From contig JAGONC010000002.1 in NCBI GenBank assembly GCA_017993235.1, positions 44,683 to 108,682 of the forward strand: 64,000 nucleotides of DNA, read 5' to 3'. Positions 30,401 to 38,752 of the stretch are shown piece after piece. The first letter of the stretch is position 1. Each line of letters opens with the position of its first letter. A model generated the notes under the pieces. It was not told the DNA's origin, did not search any database, and was given only the letters and a program-made list of their open reading frames with translations. Source of the stretch: Lentimicrobiaceae bacterium (GTDB lineage Bacteria; Bacteroidota; Bacteroidia; Bacteroidales; JAGONC01). A program made the translations under genes and the position numbers.

Positions 30401-33400
30401 CATAGAACCGAGTTCAGTTCCCGGGAATCCACCAGGACCGTCATCGTCATAGACGATGATTCTGAACGGATTCAGGATATCTCCGGCCGGCCATGTGCCG
30501 TCCCAGATATTCATATGGAACTTGAGGAGATCACACGGATAGCCCTTGGGGGAGAACCTGACGGCAAACTCGCTGTCCACAACGTTCCATGCAACTGCAT
30601 TTTCCCCAACTCCATCGTCATACTTGATCAGGTATTCGACCGGGGTGATACCTGCCGGTAACTCCCAGTTCAGAATAACGTTCATTCCATTGACTGCGCC
30701 TGTGAAATTCACCGGTGGGGCGAAGAAGTCGCAGGTATAGTAGGTGAACGGTACTTCGAGGATGATGGATTCTCCACCGCTATAAACGGCCTGAACACCG
30801 GCTACATAGAATTGACCGAGGACCAGGTCGGTATACGTATAGGTCAGCTCCTGTGTGAAGGCAAGCTGGATGCCATTCAGGTATACATTGTATCCCTCCA
30901 GGGATCTTGCAGAACTCGGGGCACGACCTTCCGGCATAACACCGACAGAAATCTTGATTTCATCAAGGCTGATACCCATTCCTGATGTTTCCGGAGAATC
31001 ACCCGCGAACCCAATCTGGTAGGTACCGGTTGGCATGGGCAGGTTGATCTCTTCGTGACGCCAGGCAGGAATATCCTCAAAGTATCCTGTAAGGGTCTTC
31101 CATATGGCATTGGGTGCAGTCTTGTAGTAAATCTTCAATTCATCCTGGCCAGCACCCGTTGGTTGCGCGTGCCAGAAGCTCAGTTTGGGCACCATGGCAT
31201 TGGCTAGATTGATCGGAGGTGTGATCAGACGTGTGATCGCAGTACTTCCGACAAAATAGGCATTGTACTGACCTTCATGGGCTCCTTCCGGTACACCCTG
31301 TGCACCACCGGTTCTGATAACCCATGGGGTTTGCGTGTCACTGAGGTATTCCTGCGTCCATCCTGTGGGGATAACACCTCCTTCGAAGCCTTCTTCAAAA
31401 GCAGTCTGGTATTCAAGTACCGGAGGACACCAGGTGGCAACGCCGGTCATGTTGTCAACAAAGAAGCATGCTGGTGGCAGGAAGACCTCCTGCAGTTGCA
31501 CATTCAGCGTGATGTCAGCATAGATGGCAAGTCCAGACAATGAGTAAGGATTGTAATATTCCTTTGTGATATCCAGTTTATAGACACCATCCCATACAAC
31601 CTTATTGAAGAACACAACGCCGTTATCAGGAACAACAGCTGTGTAGTAGTAGTTGGGATTGCCATCTTCTCTGGCAAGGATAACCTGTGCACCGGTTGCC
31701 GGTGAACCATCGTTTGTACGGACATTAATGGTCACTGAATGTTCAAATCCATTGGGTACGAGATTGGAGAAGGAGGGTTCGGATACATTATATGAGTAGT
31801 TTGCTGTTACTGCATATCTGTACCATCCCTTTGCATACGATGTCCAGTCGGTATCCAGGTAGCTGGTTTCCGTAACTTCGGCCTTTTCAACCCATGCGGC
31901 AGGATTGGTTTCCTCACCCTGTTTTACCAGGTAAACCGAGTAGCTTTCAATGTCTCTGGAAACTTCGCCTTCTTTCACGGGTTTGAAGATGCCGTCACCA
32001 ACTGTATACGTTCCGCTGAGAGCTTTCGGTGTATTCATTGTGAGGGAATTGTCTCCCAGTTCTCCAATGTTCACGGTACGCGTATTGTCGGTGTAACCCA
32101 GGATGCTCATGCCTTTTTCTTCATCATAGACAAAGGCGCGCATCATGAAATCAGCAAGTTCGGAGACCACCCAGGGTCCATTTTCCGATACGTCGCGTGA
32201 ATAGCTTCTATAAACCATTGCATCTTCATCGATTGCGATGGGTACGCAGTTCGGGTAGTCGCCGCCCTGAACCATGGCTACATAGAAGTCACCGCTGGCT
32301 AGAGCGATTGGATTTTCTGCAAAACTGACATCCACCCAGCCATAGGCAAACGGTTCGACCATGGTACGGCCCAGTTCTGTGCCGGGCATTCCGTCAGGAC
32401 CATTATCAGCATAGACAACAACTTCAAAGGGCTGCAGGTTTACACCTGTGGGCCATGTACCGTCGTAGATGTTGATCTGGATTCCGTAGATCTCGGCCGG
32501 ATAAGCCATCGGCGTAAAGCGCAATGCGTGCATGCTGCCCGCTTTTTGCCATGCCGTTACGTTATCGGCTTCGTTATCATCATAGAAGATCGTGTAGAAA
32601 TCGCTGTATTCATACCAGTCAACCAGTACCTCCGTGTGGGCTGGATTACGCGTAGCCGTCACACCGATCACCGGATACGGGAATTCATACAGTTCAAAAT
32701 TCACTTCAAGATTCTGTTCATCTGCCAGTACCACACCTTCCAGTACCTGTGATTCGAAAGCGTCGGCTTCCACGGTCATGGTGTATGTATCTTCCGTCAC
32801 ACCTTCCAGGATATAGGCACCGTTACTACCCGTATAGGCAGTCCAGGTACCCCACGAACCCGTAGCGGTAACCAGTGCTCCTTCGATAGGTACAAACTGG
32901 CTACCGAACTTGGAGACGGTACCGTAAATGGTGCCTTCACCATTAATATACACCGTGGTGGGGCCTTCCTTCATTGACTCGCCCGGGGTTGGGTTATCAT
33001 AAACGGCTGACACTTCATAGTCATAGTAGCCAGCCAGTAAATCCTGGTCGAAATATTCCTGTGTGCCACCTGAGGTGGGAGCTACATTGGCTATATACGA
33101 TCCATTCCTGTAAATATTGAAGGAGAGCAGTTCACCATATACCGGTTCGCGCGTTCCACCGTTGTCATAGTTTGCTTTTCCCAGTTTCACTTCCCCGCTC
33201 AATGCCTGACCGTTTGGTGGATTGATGGAGGTAGATGCATTCGCGTCAAAGGATTCGGTTGACGAAGGATAGATCATGGTAGGTTCGAGAACATAGTTAC
33301 CCTCAGTGTTTCCAAACACACCCGCGCGGATCATGTACAGATCGTAACTTGGCCCCCCCCATGCTGAGCCGACGGCATGGTCAAGACCACGTCCGGTTCC

Positions 33401-36400
33401 GGATGAACTGGAGCTGATACCTGTCGGGGCACAGTTTGGATATGAACCCAGCTGCATGTGTGCAAGGTAAAAATCACCTGAGGTGATCGTAATGCCCAGA
33501 TCAGAAATATCAAAGGTCACCCAGTAGGCAGATGTCGGAGTGACATCTTTCTGTCCCAGCAATGTGCCCGGGTATCCGCCTGAACCATCGGCTGCATAAA
33601 TCCTGATGCCGAGGGGTACATAGATATTACCTGCCGGCCAGGTACCATCCCAGATGTACATCTGGAATGATGACAGTGTGCAGGGCCATGCAAGCGGTGT
33701 AAAGCGGACGGCGGTTTCTCCTTGCGGGCTGTTCCATGCCATGGCATTATCGGCATTGCCGTTGTCGTAAATGATCCAGTATGCTTCACCCTGCCCTGAG
33801 GGTAAACTCCAGGTCAGGTGTGCGGTATGTCCCACATCTTCTCCCTCAAGGTTGGATGGAGGAGGCAGAAAGGCGGAAACCCACGTATAGTTGATCCTAG
33901 GTGAATGTCCGCTGGCATAGTAGCAGCTAACACCACTCACATAAGTCTGTCCCCAGTTAACGGAATTGGGATCATACTGGAAGAATGTTTCGGTCGTGAA
34001 CCCTGAGATGAAGTCATCCAGGTATACCGTAAATCCGATGGGATTTTTCTCGCTGTAATTCCAGAGCCGCACATTATCCACTCCCCAGTAGTTGATGTTA
34101 TAGCAATCCGCTCCGTAAGCCTTGAACCGGATCTGGAGATTTTCATTGGCATAGTCTTCGACCTGATCAACGCAATGGGTCCAGGCAATGCTGCCTGAAT
34201 TGACAAAGTCGCGCAGGGTAACCCATTCTGTTCCATCATATACTTCGATGGCCAGGTGCTCCTGATTGGTTGATGCATAGTCATTCAGGTACACATCATA
34301 TTCCAGTGTAAGCTGAAAAGTATAGAACTTGCAATCATACACCTGGCTGGTCAGTGTGTGCGTGTAATTTGTCACAGAAGGTGACCAGTTGAAATATGCA
34401 CAAGGTGCAGGATTACCAAGACTTGTATAATACGCCCAGTTGGAACCGGAGGGATCCTCCGTCCACTCATCATACTGTGCCTGGTTCTGGAAAGGATAGA
34501 AGCACAATTCGGTCATTCCGCCCGGTTTTTCCCATGTGGCAAGCAACGTCAGCGGATCCACATACAGATTCTTTGGCGGGTCAGTTATTTCCTGGAGCTC
34601 GATATCCCACACCACATTTCCGTTCAGGACATAATCATTGAGTGTATAGATATCGAATCCCGGCATTATGATCGTCAGGTCGTAGGTGCCGTTCCATGCT
34701 CCCTTGAATTCAACAACACCCGTTGGGCCGGCGACGGCACTGTAGCTGTGTTCCGGCAGGCCATCCTGGTTGATGAAGGTAACATAGGCGCCTTCCGGGC
34801 TCTGGTTTGAGGAAAGTGTGATATTGATGGTAACATCGGATGTCCAGTTCTTACCCAGCAGGTTGGATAGGGTAGCAGGTGAGTTGCCGGCATCGTAGAC
34901 AGCAACCACTGCCCAGCGGTATCCGCCATTGGGAATGGAGATCCATGCATTATCGTAATATGTGGTGTTGGTTACATAGCCTGCCAGGAGGGTCCAGTTG
35001 GCTGGATTGCCTTCATCACCTTCATGGAGGCGGTAGACCATATAATGAGACAGCGCCCTGGGGGCATCGCCGCCTTCTACTGGTATGTATAAGCCTTCGC
35101 CTTCATAACCGGTTTTCATTTTGGGTGCTGACAGATAATTGCACTCTCCTCTCGGAGGCCGGGTACCCTGGTGGATCACCGACTTGTCAGCGCGGGCTCC
35201 CGCTCCGCCCGGACTGGAAACGACCGTACGGATCATGAAATCATTGAATGCAGATTCGTACCAGGGACCGGTTCCGAATTTCTGATAGCTGCGGAACACC
35301 GGATTGGACTCGTCAATGGCGATGGGCGCGCAGTCCGGATAGGAACCACCCTGCTCCATGGCAACGTAGAATTCACCACTGGTGATGACCACCGGTCTGT
35401 CGCTGATATCCCACAGGACCCAGCCTGTTTCTTCCGGTGTCACATCCACCTCGGCCAGTTTGGTTCCCGGCATGCCGTCGGCACCGTCATCGTCGAAAAT
35501 TGCGATGGTAAACTCCTGAAGAATGTCACCACCTGCAGGATATGTGCCATCACCAATATTGACAGAGCCATAGTGAATGGTGCAGGGATATCCGTCCGGA
35601 GTGAATTTCAGGGCATTGTAATTGCCCGGAGTCTGCCATGCAATCATGTTTTCAAATACGCCATCATCATAGATGATTTCGTAGTATCCTTCCGGAATGC
35701 TCCAGGTGACTTTGACCACGTTCACATCTGCCTGGACGATCTGAGCCAGGACACCACTGACAGGAACTTTCGCTTCACTAAGTTCAATATCTGCTTCGAC
35801 AGTTCCTTCCGGGGGAATGATCACTTCAACAGAACCAATGTCATACCCTGCCTTGTTGGCTTCAACCGTGGTATAGTTACCCATCGTTCCTATGGTCAAG
35901 GAATAGTCACCTGATCCATCGGAGAACGAAAAGACCTCCCCAAAAATGCTGTAGGCTCTCATCAGGGCTCCGGATATGGGAAGATCGGTCATTGCATCGG
36001 TTACCGTACCGGTAACGGTTCCTTCCGTTGGCGGGAGGAAAAATACCCTTAACCGGGGAACATAGCTGTAATAATTGCCGGTTGGAAACGGTGGGGGAAT
36101 GGGAGAATCAAAATACCTGTACACCGTTTGGTTGGTCGTACCGGTAAAACGCTCCCAGTAAACATAGCGGTTTCCGCTGTACTGCCCGTCCAAGTTACGC
36201 CAGGCGATGGCCAGATTTCCCTGCCCTGAGTACAGGAAGGGTGCACTGAGCGTAAATTCATTGACTCCGACAAACGGGAGGTAATCTCCCGCCCAGACCA
36301 ATGTCCATCCATCGGCGATCATGGCCGCGTCATTATCAGGGAAAGTGTTGGTAGTCCAGGCACTTTCGCTGATCTCCTTCATCCAGCATGTCAGATTCAG

Positions 36401-36661
36401 AATGGGATTGGACCCACCGTACTGCGTGGTGCCGAAATACCCTATCTTGGTAATGAGCTTGGGCATGTTATCACCGAAATCTGTGGCTTTATAAATACAC
36501 TTGGAATAACCATAGTTATAATAACCATAGAACGGGATATAGGACACTGTCCCTGAGTAGATCCCAACGTCAACTACCATCTGGGCACCAATCTGAAATC
36601 CGAAAAACAATGAAAACATGGTTATCATTGTTAATCTTGCAAAAAGAGTAACCTTTTTCAT
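27401..36661 (-). CDS. Giant (3086 aa) modular T9SS cargo protein of unknown function, adhesin-like
   Basis: This is a single uninterrupted ORF with a signal peptide. It contains 5 copies of a ~180-aa Cys-containing module, 3 MAM/choice-of-anchor-J-like modules, CarboxypepD_reg-like and FN3/Ig-like modules, and a T9SS CTD. I recognise no catalytic motif. Confidence 0.9.
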   Translation of the reverse strand: MKKVTLFARLTMITMFSLFFGFQIGAQMVVDVGIYSGTVSYIPFYGYYNYGYSKCIYKATDFGDNMPKLITKIGYFGTTQYGGSNPILNLTCWMKEISESAWTTNTFPDNDAAMIADGWTLVWAGDYLPFVGVNEFTLSAPFLYSGQGNLAIAWRNLDGQYSGNRYVYWERFTGTTNQTVYRYFDSPIPPPFPTGNYYSYVPRLRVFFLPPTEGTVTGTVTDAMTDLPISGALMRAYSIFGEVFSFSDGSGDYSLTIGTMGNYTTVEANKAGYDIGSVEVIIPPEGTVEADIELSEAKVPVSGVLAQIVQADVNVVKVTWSIPEGYYEIIYDDGVFENMIAWQTPGNYNALKFTPDGYPCTIHYGSVNIGDGTYPAGGDILQEFTIAIFDDDGADGMPGTKLAEVDVTPEETGWVLWDISDRPVVITSGEFYVAMEQGGSYPDCAPIAIDESNPVFRSYQKFGTGPWYESAFNDFMIRTVVSSPGGAGARADKSVIHQGTRPPRGECNYLSAPKMKTGYEGEGLYIPVEGGDAPRALSHYMVYRLHEGDEGNPANWTLLAGYVTNTTYYDNAWISIPNGGYRWAVVAVYDAGNSPATLSNLLGKNWTSDVTINITLSSNQSPEGAYVTFINQDGLPEHSYSAVAGPTGVVEFKGAWNGTYDLTIIMPGFDIYTLNDYVLNGNVVWDIELQEITDPPKNLYVDPLTLLATWEKPGGMTELCFYPFQNQAQYDEWTEDPSGSNWAYYTSLGNPAPCAYFNWSPSVTNYTHTLTSQVYDCKFYTFQLTLEYDVYLNDYASTNQEHLAIEVYDGTEWVTLRDFVNSGSIAWTHCVDQVEDYANENLQIRFKAYGADCYNINYWGVDNVRLWNYSEKNPIGFTVYLDDFISGFTTETFFQYDPNSVNWGQTYVSGVSCYYASGHSPRINYTWVSAFLPPPSNLEGEDVGHTAHLTWSLPSGQGEAYWIIYDNGNADNAMAWNSPQGETAVRFTPLAWPCTLSSFQMYIWDGTWPAGNIYVPLGIRIYAADGSGGYPGTLLGQKDVTPTSAYWVTFDISDLGITITSGDFYLAHMQLGSYPNCAPTGISSSSSGTGRGLDHAVGSAWGGPSYDLYMIRAGVFGNTEGNYVLEPTMIYPSSTESFDANASTSINPPNGQALSGEVKLGKANYDNGGTREPVYGELLSFNIYRNGSYIANVAPTSGGTQEYFDQDLLAGYYDYEVSAVYDNPTPGESMKEGPTTVYINGEGTIYGTVSKFGSQFVPIEGALVTATGSWGTWTAYTGSNGAYILEGVTEDTYTMTVEADAFESQVLEGVVLADEQNLEVNFELYEFPYPVIGVTATRNPAHTEVLVDWYEYSDFYTIFYDDNEADNVTAWQKAGSMHALRFTPMAYPAEIYGIQINIYDGTWPTGVNLQPFEVVVYADNGPDGMPGTELGRTMVEPFAYGWVDVSFAENPIALASGDFYVAMVQGGDYPNCVPIAIDEDAMVYRSYSRDVSENGPWVVSELADFMMRAFVYDEEKGMSILGYTDNTRTVNIGELGDNSLTMNTPKALSGTYTVGDGIFKPVKEGEVSRDIESYSVYLVKQGEETNPAAWVEKAEVTETSYLDTDWTSYAKGWYRYAVTANYSYNVSEPSFSNLVPNGFEHSVTINVRTNDGSPATGAQVILAREDGNPNYYYTAVVPDNGVVFFNKVVWDGVYKLDITKEYYNPYSLSGLAIYADITLNVQLQEVFLPPACFFVDNMTGVATWCPPVLEYQTAFEEGFEGGVIPTGWTQEYLSDTQTPWVIRTGGAQGVPEGAHEGQYNAYFVGSTAITRLITPPINLANAMVPKLSFWHAQPTGAGQDELKIYYKTAPNAIWKTLTGYFEDIPAWRHEEINLPMPTGTYQIGFAGDSPETSGMGISLDEIKISVGVMPEGRAPSSARSLEGYNVYLNGIQLAFTQELTYTYTDLVLGQFYVAGVQAVYSGGESIILEVPFTYYTCDFFAPPVNFTGAVNGMNVILNWELPAGITPVEYLIKYDDGVGENAVAWNVVDSEFAVRFSPKGYPCDLLKFHMNIWDGTWPAGDILNPFRIIVYDDDGPGGFPGTELGSMDVTPENYNWVVFDISSLGITINDGDFYLSHMQIGTYPNCPPTGIDETSGGQGRSYNRVAGDSWVEELSYDQLMIRATVYGISIGTQVLEPVTVPRSNKTIDPSAVISMKPSGVTPPAGDIILGDGQIEVPGSRGGDFILQGFYVWKDNVKLTPVPIASTVYIDNCSPGGLFEYNVTAVYDFGQSCPFDPPFIANVGGDLEPPVNLQAFLLENDDVLLTWSPPGAPTGEWIAWDDGIYAARVGLTGITEPTIWDAAARFTPADLLPYDGMYLTKIRFVPAEATTIATYSVMVWVGEGAAMEVVSQAVPAPVINDWNTIILDDPYLIDATQELWFGVEYVQVADGYPAGLDDVANYDGKGNKIYYEGAWYNLMSDFGIDGDFNVEAYVSTEVANYAPVVPIVRQEVRSPGNTTLAVVKADNPAYAPNDDTRGLMGYNLWRNGNNVAYIPTPDTSYTDAGLYPGTYEYYVSAIYTEGESWAEGPASVTVTGRGTLKGYVFNAQTGAPVIGATVSLPGGFSAVTGYDGKYNLANAPAGTFIVSCVAEGFNAKTIPGVVIKHQETTVLDIGMYDLTVAVLPFFEPWDEASFDAQGWTFDPAISANWMFNENDGNPLPTAAFAWSPAVEDYSMALVSPWIDATSATTNVTLKFDLFLSGYGYANENFMTIEVWNGTSWVEVAEFNDTEDIPWTTYKYNISTSALGKLTQVRFRANGLDSYNINWWYVDNIKVYESITYTLYGTVTELAGGAPIEGAEIAVETYEPVYTNAAGEYFVDVEPGTYDVTCSANCFNPIVVYNLAITGDLVKNFALNQPILVTDPGQIVVDLAPYGVTTEYITISNDGNGVLRWVGAITPEITWASLGVDNGTLGPGQFVEVPVFIAPEGLFEPGDVLNAMINITEELGCFSSEIPITMTIIVGVDDPIADGMIQIYPNPATNYVNLTVTNDVKEIRIINYIGQVMDAINVVDSKLIQLNTTSYATGTYMVEFTKTNGDKVTKSVVIAH
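27404..27640 (-). other. T9SS type A C-terminal sorting domain of the giant protein (aa 3008-3086)
   Basis: The domain reads DGMIQIYPNPATNYVNLTV..IRIINYIGQVM..LNTTSYATGTYMVEF..KVTKSVVIAH. Confidence 0.85.
29240..29803 (-). repeat. Module A copy 5 (aa 2287-2474, the most divergent copy)
   Basis: The sequence EWIAWDDG..ARFTPADL..W..ILDDPY..ELWFGVEY..GYPAG..FNVEAYV is collinear with copies 1-4 at the protein level. Confidence 0.5.
30164..30724 (-). repeat. Module A copy 4 (aa 1980-2166)
   Basis: The copy reads YLIKYDDGVGENAVAW..AVRFSPKGYPC..NIWDGTWPAG..VYDDDGPGGFPGTELG..VTP..WVVFDIS..GDFYLSHMQIGTYPNC..LMIRATV. Confidence 0.7.
32126..32674 (-). repeat. Module A copy 3 (aa 1330-1512)
   Basis: The copy reads YTIFYDDNEADNVTAW..ALRFTPMAYP..NIYDGTWPTG..VYADNGPDGMPGTELG..GDFYVAMVQGGDYPNC..FMMRAFV. 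Confidence 0.7.
33317..33859 (-). repeat. Module A copy 2 (aa 935-1115)
   Basis: The copy reads YWIIYDNGNADNAMAW..AVRFTPLAWPC..YIWDGTWPAG..IYAADGSGGYPGTLLG..VTP..WVTFDIS..GDFYLAHMQLGSYPNC..YMIRAGV. Confidence 0.7.
35216..35755 (-). repeat. Module A copy 1 (aa 303-482)
   Basis: The copy reads YEIIYDDGVFENMIAW..ALKFTPDGYPC..GDGTYPAG..IFDDDGADGMPGTKLA..VTP..WVLWDIS..GEFYVAMEQGGSYPDC..FMIRTVV. Confidence 0.7.
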
Positions 36662-36697
36662 ACGTATTAAATTTTAAGTTAATAAGACATTTTGCTG

Positions 36698-36705
36698 CAA
36701 ATATA
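36698..36705 (-). promoter_or_regulatory. Bacteroidota -7 box TATATTTG upstream of the giant gene
   Basis: This is an exact TAnnTTTG match on the minus strand, 36 nt upstream of the ATG at 36661, inside a 355-bp AT-rich intergenic region. Confidence 0.45.
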
Positions 36706-37016
36706 TAATAAATAAAATAAATTCAAAAATAAATCACTTTTTTTGTCCGGGTCATAAATGAACTCAATTTCAGGAATATCACCCCAGGTTTATTCCCAAA
36801 GCCATCTCCTTATGTAACGATTGAATTGATTATGATTCTCTCTTTTTTCCGTAATGGTAAAAGTAATACAATATTATATAAATTACATGATCTCCATGGA
36901 AATTTGTTAAAAAATCTTGCAACATTAAAACAAAACAAGATTATAAGCAAGCATTTGTATGAAATGTTTTGTAAAATTAATGAAGATTTTATTCGATGGC
37001 ATGTAAATGAATAAAA

Positions 37017-38435
37017 TTAACAATTTTTTACGAGGATACGAGGTTCCATCATTTCCCTCATGGCGTAAGGTACTCCTTCCCTTCCGCTACCCGAATCCTT
37101 AATGCCTCCATAGGGCATGTGATCAATGCGGAAGGTGGGTACATCGTTGATGATCACACCGCCCGTTTCCAGTTCCAGGAATGCCTGGTTCATTTCATCA
37201 ATGTTATTGGTAAATACGCCTGCCTGAAGGCCGAAGCGGCTGTCGTTCACTTTTGTGATGGCTTCTTCGAAGGTGGCATAGGATTCCAGGGTGACCACCG
37301 GTCCGAATATTTCCATGGAACAGACCTTCATACCGGATCCTGTATTCGTTAAAACGGTCGGCTCGATGTAAGCTCCCTGCCTCCTTCCTCCTGCCAGGAT
37401 CCTGGCCCCGGCGGAAACCGCTTCTCCTATCCATTCCTCCACGCGCCGGGCATTGGCTTCATCAATCATCACGGAGATATCGGTCTGTTTATCCATCGGA
37501 TCGCCTGCCCGGAGTGTCTTCACAGCGTCGATGAACAGGCGTGTAAAATAGTCGAACACACTCTGTTCCACATAGATACGCTGAGCATGAATACAAACCT
37601 GGCCCGAATAGGAAAAGGCGCCGCTCACGCATTTTGCCACGGCATCTTCGATCTGGCCACTCCGGGTTACAATCACCCCGGCATTGCCTCCGAGTTCCAG
37701 CAGAACCTTCTTCTTTCCGGCCTGCTGTTTCATCATCCATCCCACATCGGGAGATCCGGTAAACGACAGCAGCCGTATGCGCGGGTCAGTGACCATCAGG
37801 TTTCCGGTTTCCCGTGACATCGGCAGGATGGACACCGATCCTTTGATCAGGGTCGTATTTTCGAAGATCCTTGCCAGTTCCAGTGTGGAAAGCGGAGTCA
37901 GGGAAGAGGGTTTGAGGATGATCGGGCAACCGGCCGCGATGGCCGGTGCTATTTTGTGAACCGCAAGGTTCAGCGGGAAATTGAAAGGGGATATCCCTGC
38001 CACCAGTCCGACAGGGAAATACCTTACCAGTCCCTCTTTATGAGCGCCGGCCGGGGTCCAGTCGATGCTGATGTATTCCTTGGGAAGCCTGAGGGATTCC
38101 TCTGCGGCGATCCGAAAAGTCTGTATTGACCGCTCGATCTCCGCGGCGGCATATTTCCAGGGTTTGGCCGATTCCCTGACGAGCATCTGTGTGAACCATT
38201 GTTTCCTGACCGTGATCTCATCGGCGATCTGCAGCAGGAGGTCGTGCCGCGCATAAGCAGGCATGTCGCGGAGCTGTTTCTGTATGGCCAGCGCCTGCCG
38301 GATAGCGGTTTCCAGCTGGGATTGGTCGGCAAGGTAAGTCTGCGCGATGAGTTCCTGGTTATAGGGATTGCGAACATCAAGGGTAGCGGCAGATTTCCTG
38401 AATTCTCCTGCCAGATAAAGCGGATATATGTCCAT
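37017..38435 (-). CDS. Aldehyde dehydrogenase family protein (GapN/lactaldehyde dehydrogenase-like)
   Basis: The catalytic Glu context LLELGGNAG and the catalytic Cys context FSYSGQVCIHAQR are present, and the 472-aa length fits the ALDH fold. Confidence 0.9.
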   Translation of the reverse strand: MDIYPLYLAGEFRKSAATLDVRNPYNQELIAQTYLADQSQLETAIRQALAIQKQLRDMPAYARHDLLLQIADEITVRKQWFTQMLVRESAKPWKYAAAEIERSIQTFRIAAEESLRLPKEYISIDWTPAGAHKEGLVRYFPVGLVAGISPFNFPLNLAVHKIAPAIAAGCPIILKPSSLTPLSTLELARIFENTTLIKGSVSILPMSRETGNLMVTDPRIRLLSFTGSPDVGWMMKQQAGKKKVLLELGGNAGVIVTRSGQIEDAVAKCVSGAFSYSGQVCIHAQRIYVEQSVFDYFTRLFIDAVKTLRAGDPMDKQTDISVMIDEANARRVEEWIGEAVSAGARILAGGRRQGAYIEPTVLTNTGSGMKVCSMEIFGPVVTLESYATFEEAITKVNDSRFGLQAGVFTNNIDEMNQAFLELETGGVIINDVPTFRIDHMPYGGIKDSGSGREGVPYAMREMMEPRILVKNC

Positions 38436-38557
38436 GGAAAAGGTTTTTGTAAAATTAGAAAGAATGAAGGATGTAGAATGAAATATGAAAAATTTTTAAT
38501 TACCTGTCAGAAAAATCAAATAATAATACATTATTAATAAATGCTCGCACATTCATC

Positions 38558-38606
38558 AAGCTGCAAGCTGCAAGCTTCAAGCTATAAGCTGCAAGCTGCA
38601 ACCTGT
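38558..38606 (+). repeat. Heptamer array (AAGCTGC) x7
   Basis: The array reads AAGCTGC AAGCTGC AAGCTTC AAGCTAT AAGCTGC AAGCTGC AACCTGT and is followed by the hairpin ATCCCGC-TGTC-GCGGGAT (38608-38625). Confidence 0.9.
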
Positions 38607-38684
38607 AATCCCGCTGTCGCGGGATCTCCGCTTCGCTCCGACCTGCAACTATCACAATTGCCTAAAATAATATTATTCTCAACA

Positions 38685-38714
38685 TTTGTAGTTTCGATTT
38701 TTTTACTAATTTTG
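38685..38714 (+). promoter_or_regulatory. Putative Bacteroidota promoter of rplU-rpmA
   Basis: TTTG at 38685-38688 is separated by an 18-nt spacer from TAATTTTG at 38707-38714 (TAnnTTTG). The rplU ATG lies 38 nt downstream. Confidence 0.5.
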
Positions 38715-38752
38715 CTGCTCCGTTTTTTAAGGTAGTTCTAATTGACAGACAG

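Noticed and set aside
35171-35914. Long antisense ORFs inside large genes. Examples are 35171-35914 and others in the giant gene, 8181-8705 in pyrC, 14809-15426 in the TonB receptor, 18853-20013 in mfd, 22712-23395 in the dehydrogenase, and 4137-4921 in the FISUMP gene.
   Set aside because: These are shadow frames opposite well-supported genes. Their translations are low-complexity or Arg/Ser/Pro-rich with no motifs.
27401-36661. The giant gene as a diversity-generating or recombination-switching locus because of its internal repeats.
   Set aside because: The repeat copies are diverged at the nucleotide level. No reverse transcriptase, template repeat, invertase or inverted repeats lie nearby.
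36826-37014. A 62-aa ORF in the AT-rich spacer between the giant gene and the aldehyde dehydrogenase.
   Set aside because: Its composition simply mirrors the AT-rich intergenic DNA. It has no motif and no promoter box in the right position. It may be part of the giant gene's regulatory region.
38541-38735. A 64-aa ORF in the track (..SSCKLQASSYKLQAATCNP..).
   Set aside because: The frame is created by the AAGCTGC heptamer array and gives a periodic low-complexity translation. It lies across the rplU promoter-like boxes, and nothing suggests it codes for protein.
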